Below are positions 57,001-64,000 of a DNA stretch of 64,000 nt, in pieces. The position numbers were made by a program, and so were the translations under genes. The DNA comes from Candidatus Omnitrophota bacterium (GTDB taxonomy: Bacteria > Omnitrophota > Gorgyraeia > Zapsychrales > Fredricksoniimonadaceae): assembly GCA_044225175.1 (NCBI GenBank), contig JBGAJA010000002.1:216949-280948 (forward strand). The letters run 5' to 3'. Position 1 is the stretch's first letter, and every line of letters starts with the position of its first letter. The notes beneath the pieces are model-generated. The model had not been told where the DNA came from. It searched no databases and worked only from the letters and a program-made list of their open reading frames with translations.

Positions 57001-60000
57001 GACGCAATGTCTATAGTTCAAGAAGTTATTTGGGCCAATAGGCCAAACCAAACACTAAAAAGAGTTAGATTAAAGAGTTCTACCCCATTTAGAAACGTAC
57101 AAAGAACGGACATCCTTTGGTCTCCTCAACATTTAATTGGAGCTGAATCGTGGTCCACCCCTGCTTTATTTGCTTTTGATCAAAGAATGTATGAAGAAAA
57201 TCATAATGATTATCGAAGGTTATTATTAAGAATATTGAATTTAGATAAGTATCAGAATTCAAGAGGTCTTATCCATGCCGTCCTTGAATATCAAAGTACA
57301 CAAGAGCCAGGAGTTAATAACTATAAAAGCCGCATTCTAGGTTTTCTTAATCGGAATAATGTCCTTGGTCGCTACAGAATAACTGCGGTTCCACCTGTAG
57401 AACAAAACATAAAGGTGTATTCTAGGAAAGACTTTAAAAGCCTTCCAACGATGTTACCACCCCAGGAGCCTACCAAGAAACGAGAGCATTGGGACACAAG
57501 CTGGCCTGAACCAACGGCCGTCGAAATAGAGGATGCCAAAGCAGTTCTAAAAAAATTATCAAATCAACCACGACCAGATTGGGGTACCAAGTTTATCCAA
57601 AGTCCCTATGGAGATCTAAAATCATCTAAATCAAGAATATTAAGAGCTCTCTATTTTGAATATCCGGATATTGCAGCAGCTATTCTAGCTAGTGCCGGCG
57701 TTAATGTGCATGGAAACCTAAACAAGATCCTTTGCCCCAATAGAGATGAGGAGCGCATTGAATATATTCTTCTCATTAATCTGTTTAACATGTCTTTAAC
57801 TTTTTGCCTTCTGGATCCTCCAACGGTTATCAAGGATCCCAATAAGACTACAGGTGAATCCTTAAATATTAAGTTTGATGTCAGAGGCATGGCAGGAGTT
57901 TTTGAACACCTTCCTTCACACATTGCCTCAAGTATTTTGTACCGTGTTTCAGAACCTAATTTTATCCTGCTTGTTAAAAGAACGATTGCTCATGTTATTA
58001 AAAAACAAGGAATTACAACTGGGGCAATAGAGAGATTACTTTTTGCAATGCCGCAATCTAAAAGAGATCTGATTTGGGAGAAGTTACTGCCAAAAGAAAG
58101 AGAATTCTTTGGGGATCAGCCTTCTTTACCTGCCCCTGTGCATCATACAGCCCGTGTTGATAAGCCAATCCCACGCGTTGCAGGAAAAGGAGAGGGAAGG
58201 CTGGTCGTAATACGCTCCGAGCATCCTACAGTAGATGAAATACGAAATATTCAACCAGGTTCGATTGTAGCGGTTGAATATTTACCTACCTCAGACACCC
58301 ATGTAGGAACATTTCAAGGTATTATCACATTTCGTCCAGAAGGAAAAACATGCCACGCCCAAGCTCAAGCCAAGCAATGGGAAATTCCCCATGCTTTAAT
58401 ACCTGGCCCAGAATTTTTGATCGAATGGGAGGGCAGATTTATTCGGATGACTGTTGAAAGAGACAAGGTCAGTTTTGCAGGAATTAAAGAGCATGCGATC
58501 AAAGACAAAGAGGTTTCAACGGCTATTGTCTTACCTACTGTGGACCTTTCCCCAGAAGCTCCATTAATACTTCCTTCTGGAGACATCAGACTTTCTCGAC
58601 CTACGTTGATGGGTTATAAGCCAGCATCCCTTAATCTTTTTTCGCAGTATCCTATCCAATTATCTAATACATCTATTACAGCAAGTGTTGAGCAGGGCAT
58701 GGGTCTGACATTTAAAATGTTTCTTTATTTATTAGAGAAAGAAAAGAATAAAGATACCTTTTGGAAATATAGAGATGACGTTATTAAATCTAAGAATGAT
58801 AAGGATTTACAAATAGCTTTGGAAACTCTAAGAAACTTTATCGAAAGGGCCTTTATTTCTTTACATTATGAGCCTGAATTTGAAGAGCTTTTCAAAGATC
58901 TAATTGCCATGGTAGAAAGTTCTGGGGCATTTATTCGCCTGGCAACTAACGCAGAAAGTTTGCCGGATTTTCCTGGATTTGGATCAGGTAAATATCTGAC
59001 TATTGCACATGTTACCTCTCGAGAGGAGCTTTGGGAGGCAATCCCAAAAGTCTATGCCTCTCTTTGGAGCTGGGAAGCCTATATGGAAAGACAACAGCGG
59101 GGTGTGGACCAGTCCAAAGTATTTTCTGCTATATGGGTCGTGCCTTCACAGCCTTCTATCTATGCCGTCAATATCCACACCTCAGACGTATATCTGCAAG
59201 ACCCCAATAGAATGGTCATTGAAATAGTTTCCGGTCAAGGTCAAAGCCTGGTCAGCAGTGATGAGGAATTTGCAGGACTGCCGACATTGATTGTGTTAAA
59301 CAAGGCAACAGGTGAAATTATTGAACAAAGCCCTGGAACAAAACAAAATAAGATCATTCTAAATGACAAGGGAGGCACTCAAAGAGTACCCATTGAGGAA
59401 ACAGAGGAATTTCTAAACTTAAATGATGCTCCTGAATTAATCAAATCACTTTGGGAAATAGGAATGGCAGCAGAAGGATTCTTTAGAAAGCAATTAGGAG
59501 ATGATCTGAGTCACCAAGAAATAGAAGCTGCGATCATTAAGAAAGAAGGACGTTGGCATATTCCTTTATTGCAGACCCGCTCTGCTGGCAATATTAACCA
59601 TGTTTCTGCTATGCATGCCTGGTTATTTATACCCATTGTTCCTATGATGATGTCCACAATAGGTATGGACGGTTCCATGATCATCCCTGCAACTCTGCTT
59701 GTGCTGGGTGTTTTGATGATTTCGACTTTCCGTCGATGGTTTTCTTATAAAAAGCTCATCGAAATGACCCATACCATGTGGTTTAAAGTTTCTTCCATGC
59801 TGGCAAGCATTACCCTCCTTGGCTGGATCAATTTAGAATTCGTAGCCCCACAATTTCCCAAAGACATATCTCTTCCTTTAAAAGTCTTACTTAATTCTTT
59901 GATTTTTATGGTCTTTACACTTGATTTGGATTTTTTTGCCCAGCGTATGTCGAAACAGGGAGTTTTGTTCAAACAAACTCTTGCAATAATTCCGACTGGA

Positions 60001-63000
60001 CTTGTGATGGGGGTCATTTCTACTTTAAGTTTTTGGTACTTTAATAAATTTGTAGCTCTCAATGAACATGTGGGTTGGAATAATATTTCATCTGCATTTA
60101 TGTTTATAGTGCCCTATATGATTTTGACCTACTTATTAGTGATCGTTCTTAAGGCTAAGGGAAAGAACTTAAAAGAGGCCATTCAATGGAAGATATTTAA
60201 ACAAGATCTACTCTTTGTGGTGCTGGGAGGAATACTTATATTGGTTTTGATGATACCTGTGACTACTCTATTTATGAAAACTGATCATGCGGTGCCTTAC
60301 GCCATCATCAATACCCTAAGAATTGTTAGTCTTATGTCCACAGTAAAATGGAGAACATCTGTTTATTCTGCTATTGTTGAGATCATTCGTGGTAAGGATG
60401 GTCAGGAGAAGCAGAAGGAAGCATTCTTGTTAACACGAGGTCATTCTGTAATACGAAGCTTTATTGTCGTTTTTCCGGAATTTGCGCCATACGCAGAGAT
60501 AATTGATGGATTCACTACCCAGTATTTCAGCGCACTCTATACATGGGCCACCAATAAAGAAGGGTTTATTGTTAAAAATGAACAGTTGCGCAATAAAAGG
60601 GCGTATTTAATTTTCTACGGCGTCTTTGGGCCGATTATTTGGTTAGTTAAGAAATCTATTGAAAGAAATAAAGCAAGTCCTCAGTTAACCAATCATACGC
60701 TGATAACACCTGTTCAAGCTATTGAACCACCACTTGCTCAGGACAATTTAGTTGAAAAGCCCCCCATTATTTTTTCCTTAACGGATATCCAGTTTGAATC
60801 TGCTAACCAACCTTTGATGCATCAGCCTGAAAGAGCAGCCCCACAGCCTCCATTAGGGATTGTGTCATTGGATCCTGTTCCAGCAGACGTATTTGCAGTT
60901 AGGCAGGGAGCATATTTCCAGGACCAAACGAATATTCTAGAAGGCTTTTTGAATGACACAGATTATGAAAACTTAAGAAGCCAGGTACGGACCCAAATGC
61001 AAAAAGATCCAAAGCGTTTTACAATTCGTCTATCCTTGGATCGTTTGAACTGGAAAGAAGATTTTGTTCTTGTGAATTATGAAGGCTGGAGATTTTTATT
61101 CCCCAAGGCATGGGTGAAAAGAGAGCAGAATGGCCATCTTTTAAGGTCTGCGATTGAGCGTGCCTTAGTCTTTGAAGATCCTGGTATGCGTTTGGGCAAA
61201 GGGGAACCATTTATCTTTTTTCCTGTTAAACATAATTTGAGTTTTAGCGCTAATAAAGGAGCTGCAGATCATTTTGTGGCAGATTATGAGAAGGATAGAT
61301 TCATTTTGGTTAATCGCTCCCTGATTCCATTGATCTCCCGACTAGAACATAGATTCCGAAGTGCTGGTTTAATTCTTCTTCAAGTCCTTATTGGCCACGA
61401 ATTACGAAGAAAAATCTACCATACTAACGATGATGCTACTGAGAGAGAATATGCGTTATTGAGTCAGGAAATCTTTGCAGGATTGGCAGATATTAATATT
61501 GAAGAAATTTTTAATGCCTTTCAGAATGAGGGGCTTATTAATGACTCTACAAGAAAAGTCCTGATGCCTGCAGAAGTTAGCCGTTTTGGGGCCAAGGACC
61601 ATCGGTTGGTTAGAATGTTAAACCGTGCTTTTGTAGGTGGGAGTGTGATCAAAGAAGGAAGTCAAGTTCTTGAAGTAGGTGCAAATCATGGAATTCTAAC
61701 CAGAAGCTTAGTCGAGGCCGTACGGGCCCAAGGTATTCAACATGTTTCATTTGTGACGACCGATGATTCTCAAAAGGCTTTGGTGGATACGGCACGTCTC
61801 TTAAAAGTCAGAATGGGAGGGTATGATGAGGTGCAGGTACGCCAGCCTTTTGCCAAGAACGAGCAAGAACTCTTTGATGTAATTTTTTGGAACCCCTCAT
61901 GGCTGCTTAATAATCTGGCAGAAGGAAAATTAGGAGAGTATTTAGAATTCTTCTCTACTCGATTATCTGAGACCGGAAGGATTTTTATTATTTTTCATGA
62001 AACTAATGCTCAAGAATTAGATCTTCGTTCTATTGCTTTGAATCAAGGCATGAATCCTACAGAAATTGATGTGTACAAGACCAAGCATGGACGGATTGGA
62101 TTATTTGAGTTTGTTTCCATAGAAAAATTAATGAAAGCAGATCAAGAAGATTTTCATATTACGGCCTATGATTACCGAAGGGAATCTGAAAATTGTAAGA
62201 AGACTAATCTGGCTGTTTTAAAATATTATAGATTTATGGCTGAAGTTGTTGAAAGGACTGCCAAGCATTTCATTAAACCAGAAGGTGATTTCGAGAAGAC
62301 AAGACGAGAAATTTCTTTCTTCAATCAAAAAAGGTCTGGTTCTCACTGGAACCCTCTTATTGAGAATGAAGAACGCCTAGCCCAATTCTTAAAACGAAAC
62401 CTTCGTCTAAGTAAGATGCAAGTAAACATTGTCTTGGATCTTGTCAGTCTTTCGATGAGAGCAATAAATAAAGAAAGGGCCTTTTTCTCGCAATATCAAT
62501 ATGTGATGAGTGCTATAGCCCCTAAAAGAATCAGCACCAAAATTCCAAAGTCATTTGACGAGCAAATTAATTATTTTAAGAAGACCCCAGAAATTTACGG
62601 TGTCTTCTTATTAGGCACTGTACTGCTTTATCTAGGGTGTAGACCACTCATTAATGAGTATCGAATATTTACGGATGCTCTCAATGCTGTTTGTGTGGCA
62701 ATCATCATGTTGATCTTTTCAGACCCCTGGTTAAATAAACTTGCAGAATCAATTTATAAAAGAGTTTTTCATTCCTCTAAAGTAAGTAAGAAGATTAGAA
62801 TCTCTGCTTCCAAGCCCACATTTACATGTGCAATTAAGGATATTGCAAAACACACACTGGTCGTTAATTTCGTTGATGCCACAAAACTGGAGATATATCT
62901 GGATCACCGTGGCAATGTTCTCGTGATGCCCACAGAATCCCATTTAGATAATCAACACTTTCAGTATGGCAGAGAAAAACCAACACAATTATTGGCTGAT

Positions 63001-63999
63001 GAGGAGTTGATTGTTTCAGGGAAAAATTATATATCGGGGCATCAATCAGGAGATTATCGTAAAACACATCGTTTATATTATGAAAGAGCTGATTTAGGGG
63101 ATGTATTTAGAATCATAGTCACTCAAAAAGGAACATTAAAGATTCAATTGATGGATCAAAAAACAAGTCTCGATATTCACTGGGATTATTACCAAACATT
63201 TTTTGAAAGAGAAGAAGTAATTATATTTGCATTGACCTGCCTGACTGTGTTACCTGCAAGTCTAATATTTTATTCTCACTATAAAAAGGTATTTCTTGCC
63301 GATAGTTTTCTGGCAATGATATTTGAAGTTTGGTTGGTTCTTATTCCATTTGTTTTAGCTTACAAAGTCATTCCATTAGATCGTTTAGATGGGACAAAAA
63401 GAATATTTCTTAAGACTTTTTCTTCTAAACAAGCGGCTAAAGAAATCAAATATTTACATTCTTTCAGGACAAAGGAAAAGAAAGTTTCTCAACGTATATT
63501 ACGTAAGCTTCAAATATTGGCTAGAACTGTCTCAAAGGATAATAATTTAACTGAGGCACAGAATAGAATTTTAAACGACGCAATCCGCGATGAATTAACA
63601 TCGTGGTTGAGAGAATATCCAAGTCTTGAAACAGTATCGAGTATTATTGCTGGCTGGGCACAATCTACTGATTTCGATTTTACAAAAAAGATTGCGATGA
63701 ATGCAGTGTCGGAAGTCTTTTCGGTACAGAAAAAGCCCATAGAAAGACTTCTTAATCTAGGTCGTTTTGAAGGAGACCACCATGTTTCTCATAAAGAGAT
63801 GGAGGGAGATATTATACCTCTAGAATCTGCACCTTCTTATGAGGAACAGTTAAGTGACCGTCATCTTTGCGGGTTAAAGTCTACGAAAGATATTCAGGAG
63901 ATATTAGGTCATTTGGAATCTATTGATGTGGATGTTCTAAAAGAGTGGCTGGAGATCAAACTAGATATTCTTTCCCAGCGCAATGATTTGAAGATTCTA
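1..63999 (+). CDS. Giant multidomain membrane/envelope protein, partial at both ends (>=21,333 aa), containing a GT48 glucan synthase, four OM-type beta-barrels and many enzyme-fold modules
   Basis: Frame +1 translates as EVIAGIRKKYNLADHKVHPT... at base 1 and ...LDILSQRNDLKIL at the end, with no stop in any line I translated. The ORF track has no frame +1 ORF at all, which is only expected if that frame never closes. Recognisable protein motifs occur in this frame throughout the window. Confidence 0.96.
451..558 (+). other. Internal signal-peptide-like segment / TM helix opening the long exported region
   Basis: KDKQKSSTSG-AAMGIIAAILGFIGA-EKVMPPQQAKA|DTP: basic stretch, hydrophobic core and an AxA motif, followed by a Pro-rich linker. 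Confidence 0.5.
1109..1131 (+). repeat. GTAG-type REP-like palindrome, in-frame in the CDS
   Basis: GTAG-CGCGAGC-TCTGT-GCTCGTG: GTAG tetranucleotide plus a GC-rich hairpin with one G:T pair; reads GSASSVLV. Confidence 0.55.
1210..1238 (+). repeat. GTAG-type REP palindrome, in-frame in the CDS
   Basis: GTAG-GGAACGGTTT-G-AAACCGTTCC-GTAC: perfect 10-bp inverted repeat after GTAG; reads VGNGLKPFRT. Confidence 0.8.
5250..7150 (+). other. Long alpha-helical/coiled-coil region
   Basis: Q/E/K/A/L-rich heptad-like sequence, e.g. KAYKDKLTSLEKAQRELWAAQDRQ and IANTQDEIKLAKRTVQRLLDDQ. Confidence 0.6.
7170..8292 (+). other. Outer-membrane-type beta-barrel 1
   Basis: Consecutive amphipathic strands rich in G/Y/F: QGVRVDMARNL, IKLVFAGDY, VGTTVQY, YGFTAAYK, YGAAANFKVF, LQANVEVY, YGVRFDFEQ, WGVNVGSD, PGVGIKRYL. 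Confidence 0.65.
9727..9762 (+). other. Putative Ca2+-binding loop
   Basis: DANSNGLKDKNE fits the D-x-N-x-N-G-x-x-D-x-x-E pattern of Dx[DN]xDG / SdrD-B-type calcium loops. Confidence 0.45.
10140..12080 (+). other. Beta-hairpin-rich region with YD/RHS-like turns
   Basis: Recurrent IYNAQNKLER, YFDTATGHEI, YVYDEAGSHKLL, DSRGRDI, DQQGNLKE and SNGAGRLLKVEY motifs. Confidence 0.35.
12480..17570 (+). other. 1,3-beta-glucan synthase module (GT48, FKS1/callose-synthase-like): N-domain, TM block, catalytic domain, TM block
   Basis: Collinear GT48 motifs: HHDDVDGMF; FAKAFNMIILTLYEDDLI; RLQKFFSSIYMDM; PNQWDNF; IRLFASYRFQPMARSARG; DAKFEFIVGPQSYG; FPAMQIAYL; GQGKPVNQNN (15652); QLMDINQDFYLEE; AIVGFPEDIFT; RYHYGHPDF; VNEDIYG; KFGAGAGEQ; YVATGR; FIMNP. 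Hydrophobic helices lie at ~13080-14170 and ~16200-17570. Confidence 0.92.
17980..20390 (+). repeat. Three TolA-like A/E/K/D-rich helical spacers (~17980-18070, 19075-19355, 20200-20380) with intervening TM helices
   Basis: DRIAAEKKLANEKA and DRIAAENKLAEEKA; KAAADKAAADKAEADRVAEAKRLADEKAA. The DNA gccgccgatcaagctgccaaaga recurs near 19324 and 20347. Confidence 0.75.
19647..19754 (+). repeat. Tandem 54-bp duplication encoding two PTRAGP units
   Basis: aaatgttccagctgttcaaccaccaactagagctggaccaagttggttacacat and aaatgttccagccactcaatcaccaactagagctggaccacgcaggttacaaat encode NVPAVQPPTRAGPSWLHI and NVPATQSPTRAGPRRLQI. Confidence 0.9.
21269..21380. mobile_element. In-frame palindromic element (RPE/REP-like) with a nested second palindrome
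   Basis: 11-bp terminal inverted repeat GTGTCATTGCG...CGCAATGACAC. The right arm is GATTGCCGCGTCGCCTACGGCTCCTCGCAATGAC. The left arm is interrupted by TCCGCCAAAGGCGGA-TCCGCCTTGGACGGA (21280-21309). It is locally GC-rich and reads VIAS-AKGGSALDG-SEKVKQS...IAASPTAPRND. Confidence 0.85.
21397..23562 (+). other. Three tandem homologous outer-membrane-type beta-barrels (~21397-22050, 22132-22779, 22837-23562)
   Basis: Starts align (ITLDFYTD / LTLSVYND / FKAEVYTD), internal motifs align (SDPVSFGAK / AEPTSVGVK / SNPISIGAL), and final strands align (GIGIMFSW / FGVAILVNV / VGASIKISF). Amphipathic G/aromatic-rich strands run throughout. Confidence 0.78.
23740..23970 (+). other. Zincin-like metallopeptidase-fold domain with HExxxH
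   Basis: RSPP...DHVAASDINNSKVFLHPFYF...MFYHELISHIANHENDEQKA (His at 23905), with a downstream Glu. Confidence 0.5.
24252..24792. repeat. Cluster of four ~27-bp imperfect hairpin repeats, in-frame
   Basis: GAAAATAGGGAGTTGACCCTCATTTCT is exact at 24295-24321 and 24766-24792, degenerate at 24679-24706, and inverted at 24252-24276; reads ENRELTLIS / ENRQLTPII. Confidence 0.85.
24940..28880 (+). other. HEAT/ARM-like alpha-solenoid (~1,300 aa)
   Basis: LKDHDPRIRSHAALLVGQM; DEDAQVVDAALWAIATL; GASIDLKRAVLQALATRG; REDDPQVQIQGAIYAG; SVEERVEALLVL. A shorter HEAT pair lies at ~18080-18240 (YDKDEQVRTQAI). Confidence 0.75.
30180..31480 (+). other. Possible degenerate sugar-1-phosphate nucleotidyltransferase fold (fucose-1-P guanylyltransferase-like)
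   Basis: IPGKGGAYLNA (cf. GSGGxTLNA), LFLHADG, MGLGFL...IYEKT (cf. HGVF...FLxKP), FKIIADLFIPM. No intact LxAGG signature. Confidence 0.3.
32509..33150 (+). other. Histidine phosphatase (PGAM-superfamily) fold lacking the RHG motif
   Basis: LKFVVLALPAQS (RHG replaced); DPVDARGVKQ; VYSSNEEST; FGGILRKDA; FIATHE..AKLILARMLGIP; LSTGTLIMV; LLYVDNSYL. The order and spacing match branch-1 His phosphatases. Confidence 0.6.
33950..37500 (+). other. Large alpha-helical region with TPR-like segments
   Basis: For example LLKLKYQILSRLGHQAEALDTIMKLIK; L/E/K/R-rich helical sequence without TM segments. Confidence 0.45.
37670..41010 (+). other. Polytopic membrane region (about 20 hydrophobic helices by eye), including an internal lipobox and an Mpv17/PMP22-like segment at ~40200-40760
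   Basis: Dense hydrophobic segments; IITIVLMTG-C at 39220; GIIGAALAQTIKK...FEWKNIF...GGILLKAWF resembles the Mpv17 pattern (GDxxAQ...fDxxR...GPxxhxWy). Confidence 0.6.
47920..48380 (+). other. GNAT acetyltransferase domain
   Basis: LVFLHGDLVGAYSF...GEGIFVVDYLREMGIGRML (motif A, RxxGxG)...YLKENSIKYF...EAQGFH. Confidence 0.75.
48580..49040 (+). other. Class I SAM-dependent methyltransferase domain
   Basis: RTVAELGCGS (motif I), VVGFDSYEPFVNFA, VVHSDL, KFEVTFS, RMTKGNG. Confidence 0.8.
50420..50615 (+). other. Possible RNA polymerase alpha-CTD-like (HhH) domain
   Basis: RTIRETLVQYGY...FYKLPQLGNSNQQKLLRSLEGKGF resembles LLKxxNxGxKSLxEIxxxLxxxG. Confidence 0.35.
54925..55335 (+). other. Degenerate GHKL/HATPase_c-like domain
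   Basis: ILHDLIVSTLDAH (N-box-like, Asn lost), VAVIDSEQG (G1-like), SAGLGM (G2-like), SQGV (G3-like). Confidence 0.45.
56520..57360 (+). other. Alpha/beta-hydrolase (S9 peptidase/esterase-like) fold, divergent
   Basis: FDGFAGQDVPGRW...KDKLPVIIVI; VFNQLKQRLDVLKDDNVVIASGQSAA (nucleophile-elbow-like); WSPQHLI...TPALFAFD; SRILGFLNR. No clear catalytic His. Confidence 0.5.
58160..59583 (+). other. Phosphohistidine swivel domain followed by a PEP-synthase/PPDK-type ATP-grasp domain (glucan-water-dikinase-like order)
   Basis: GKGEGRLVVI; GIITFRPEGKTCHAQAQAKQWEIP (His at 58354); MGYKPASL; FIRLATNAESLPDFPGFGSGKY; AIPKVYASLWSWEAYMER; YAVNIHT; IEIVSGQGQSLVS; QEIEAAI; LLQTRS. Confidence 0.85.
59610..60650 (+). 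other. Polytopic membrane region, second possible Mpv17/PMP22-like segment
   Basis: About 8-9 hydrophobic helices; LDFFAQRMSKQ...KQTLAIIPTGLVMG...FWYFNKF. Confidence 0.45.
61600..62115 (+). other. Class I SAM methyltransferase of the HemK/PrmC/RsmC-like N-methyltransferase type
   Basis: QVLEVGANHGIL, FVTTDDSQKAL, FDVIFWNPSW (NPP[YFW]-like motif IV), RLSETGRIFIIF. Confidence 0.75.
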
Positions 64000-64000
64000 A

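Noticed and set aside
57640-58110. Sigma-70 region 2-like segment (…KFDVRG…)
   Set aside because: The similarity is limited to a few residues and cannot be supported without a profile search.
360-63740. All ORFs in the supplied track (minus strand and + frames 2/3, 60-219 aa)
   Set aside because: They overlap the giant frame +1 CDS, show no recognisable motifs, and have the composition of antisense or out-of-frame shadows.
1-63999. NRPS/PKS or repetitive adhesin (RTX/Bap/LapA) as the identity of the giant gene
   Set aside because: I saw no adenylation, condensation or ketosynthase motifs, no GGxGxD nonapeptides and no long tandem Ig-like repeats.
63998-64000. Terminal TAA as the stop codon of the giant gene
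   Set aside because: It is in frame +2. Frame +1 reads AAG ATT CTA and continues beyond the window.
1-64000. Alternative genetic code (stop reassignment) as the reason for the absence of long ORFs
   Set aside because: Frame +1 is open under the standard code, with Trp as TGG. No recoding is needed.
1-64000. Promoters, terminators, tRNA/rRNA genes, inteins
   Set aside because: There is no intergenic DNA. The hairpins found lack U-tracts, and I recognised no cloverleaf, rRNA or intein splice-junction/LAGLIDADG motifs.

Overview
The whole window is the interior of one giant protein-coding gene. Frame +1 has no stop codon from base 1 to 63999 (at least 21,333 aa). Both the start and the stop lie outside the window, which explains why the supplied ORF track misses the gene and lists only short shadow ORFs. 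Manual translation shows a modular, polyprotein-like envelope protein. In order, it has: a ~3,900-aa exported region (Pro/Ser/Thr linkers, long coiled coil, outer-membrane-type beta-barrel, YD/RHS-like beta region); a complete FKS/callose-synthase-like (GT48) beta-1,3-glucan synthase with intact motifs; TolA-like spacers; three tandem beta-barrels; a long HEAT solenoid; then many enzyme-fold modules separated by dozens of transmembrane helices. Those modules are histidine-phosphatase, GNAT, two SAM methyltransferases, GHKL, alpha/beta-hydrolase, a glucan-water-dikinase-like His plus ATP-grasp pair, and repeated zincin-like HE domains, and many look catalytically degenerate. Module boundaries often carry internal signal-peptide-like sequences (prepilin, lipoprotein, Sec types) and SecM-like RAGP motifs. 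Several REP-type palindromes sit in-frame in linkers. The style matches the giant genes reported from Omnitrophota (inference). No rRNA, tRNA, CRISPR array or intergenic DNA was seen. Domain calls come from motif recognition by eye, and their boundaries are approximate.
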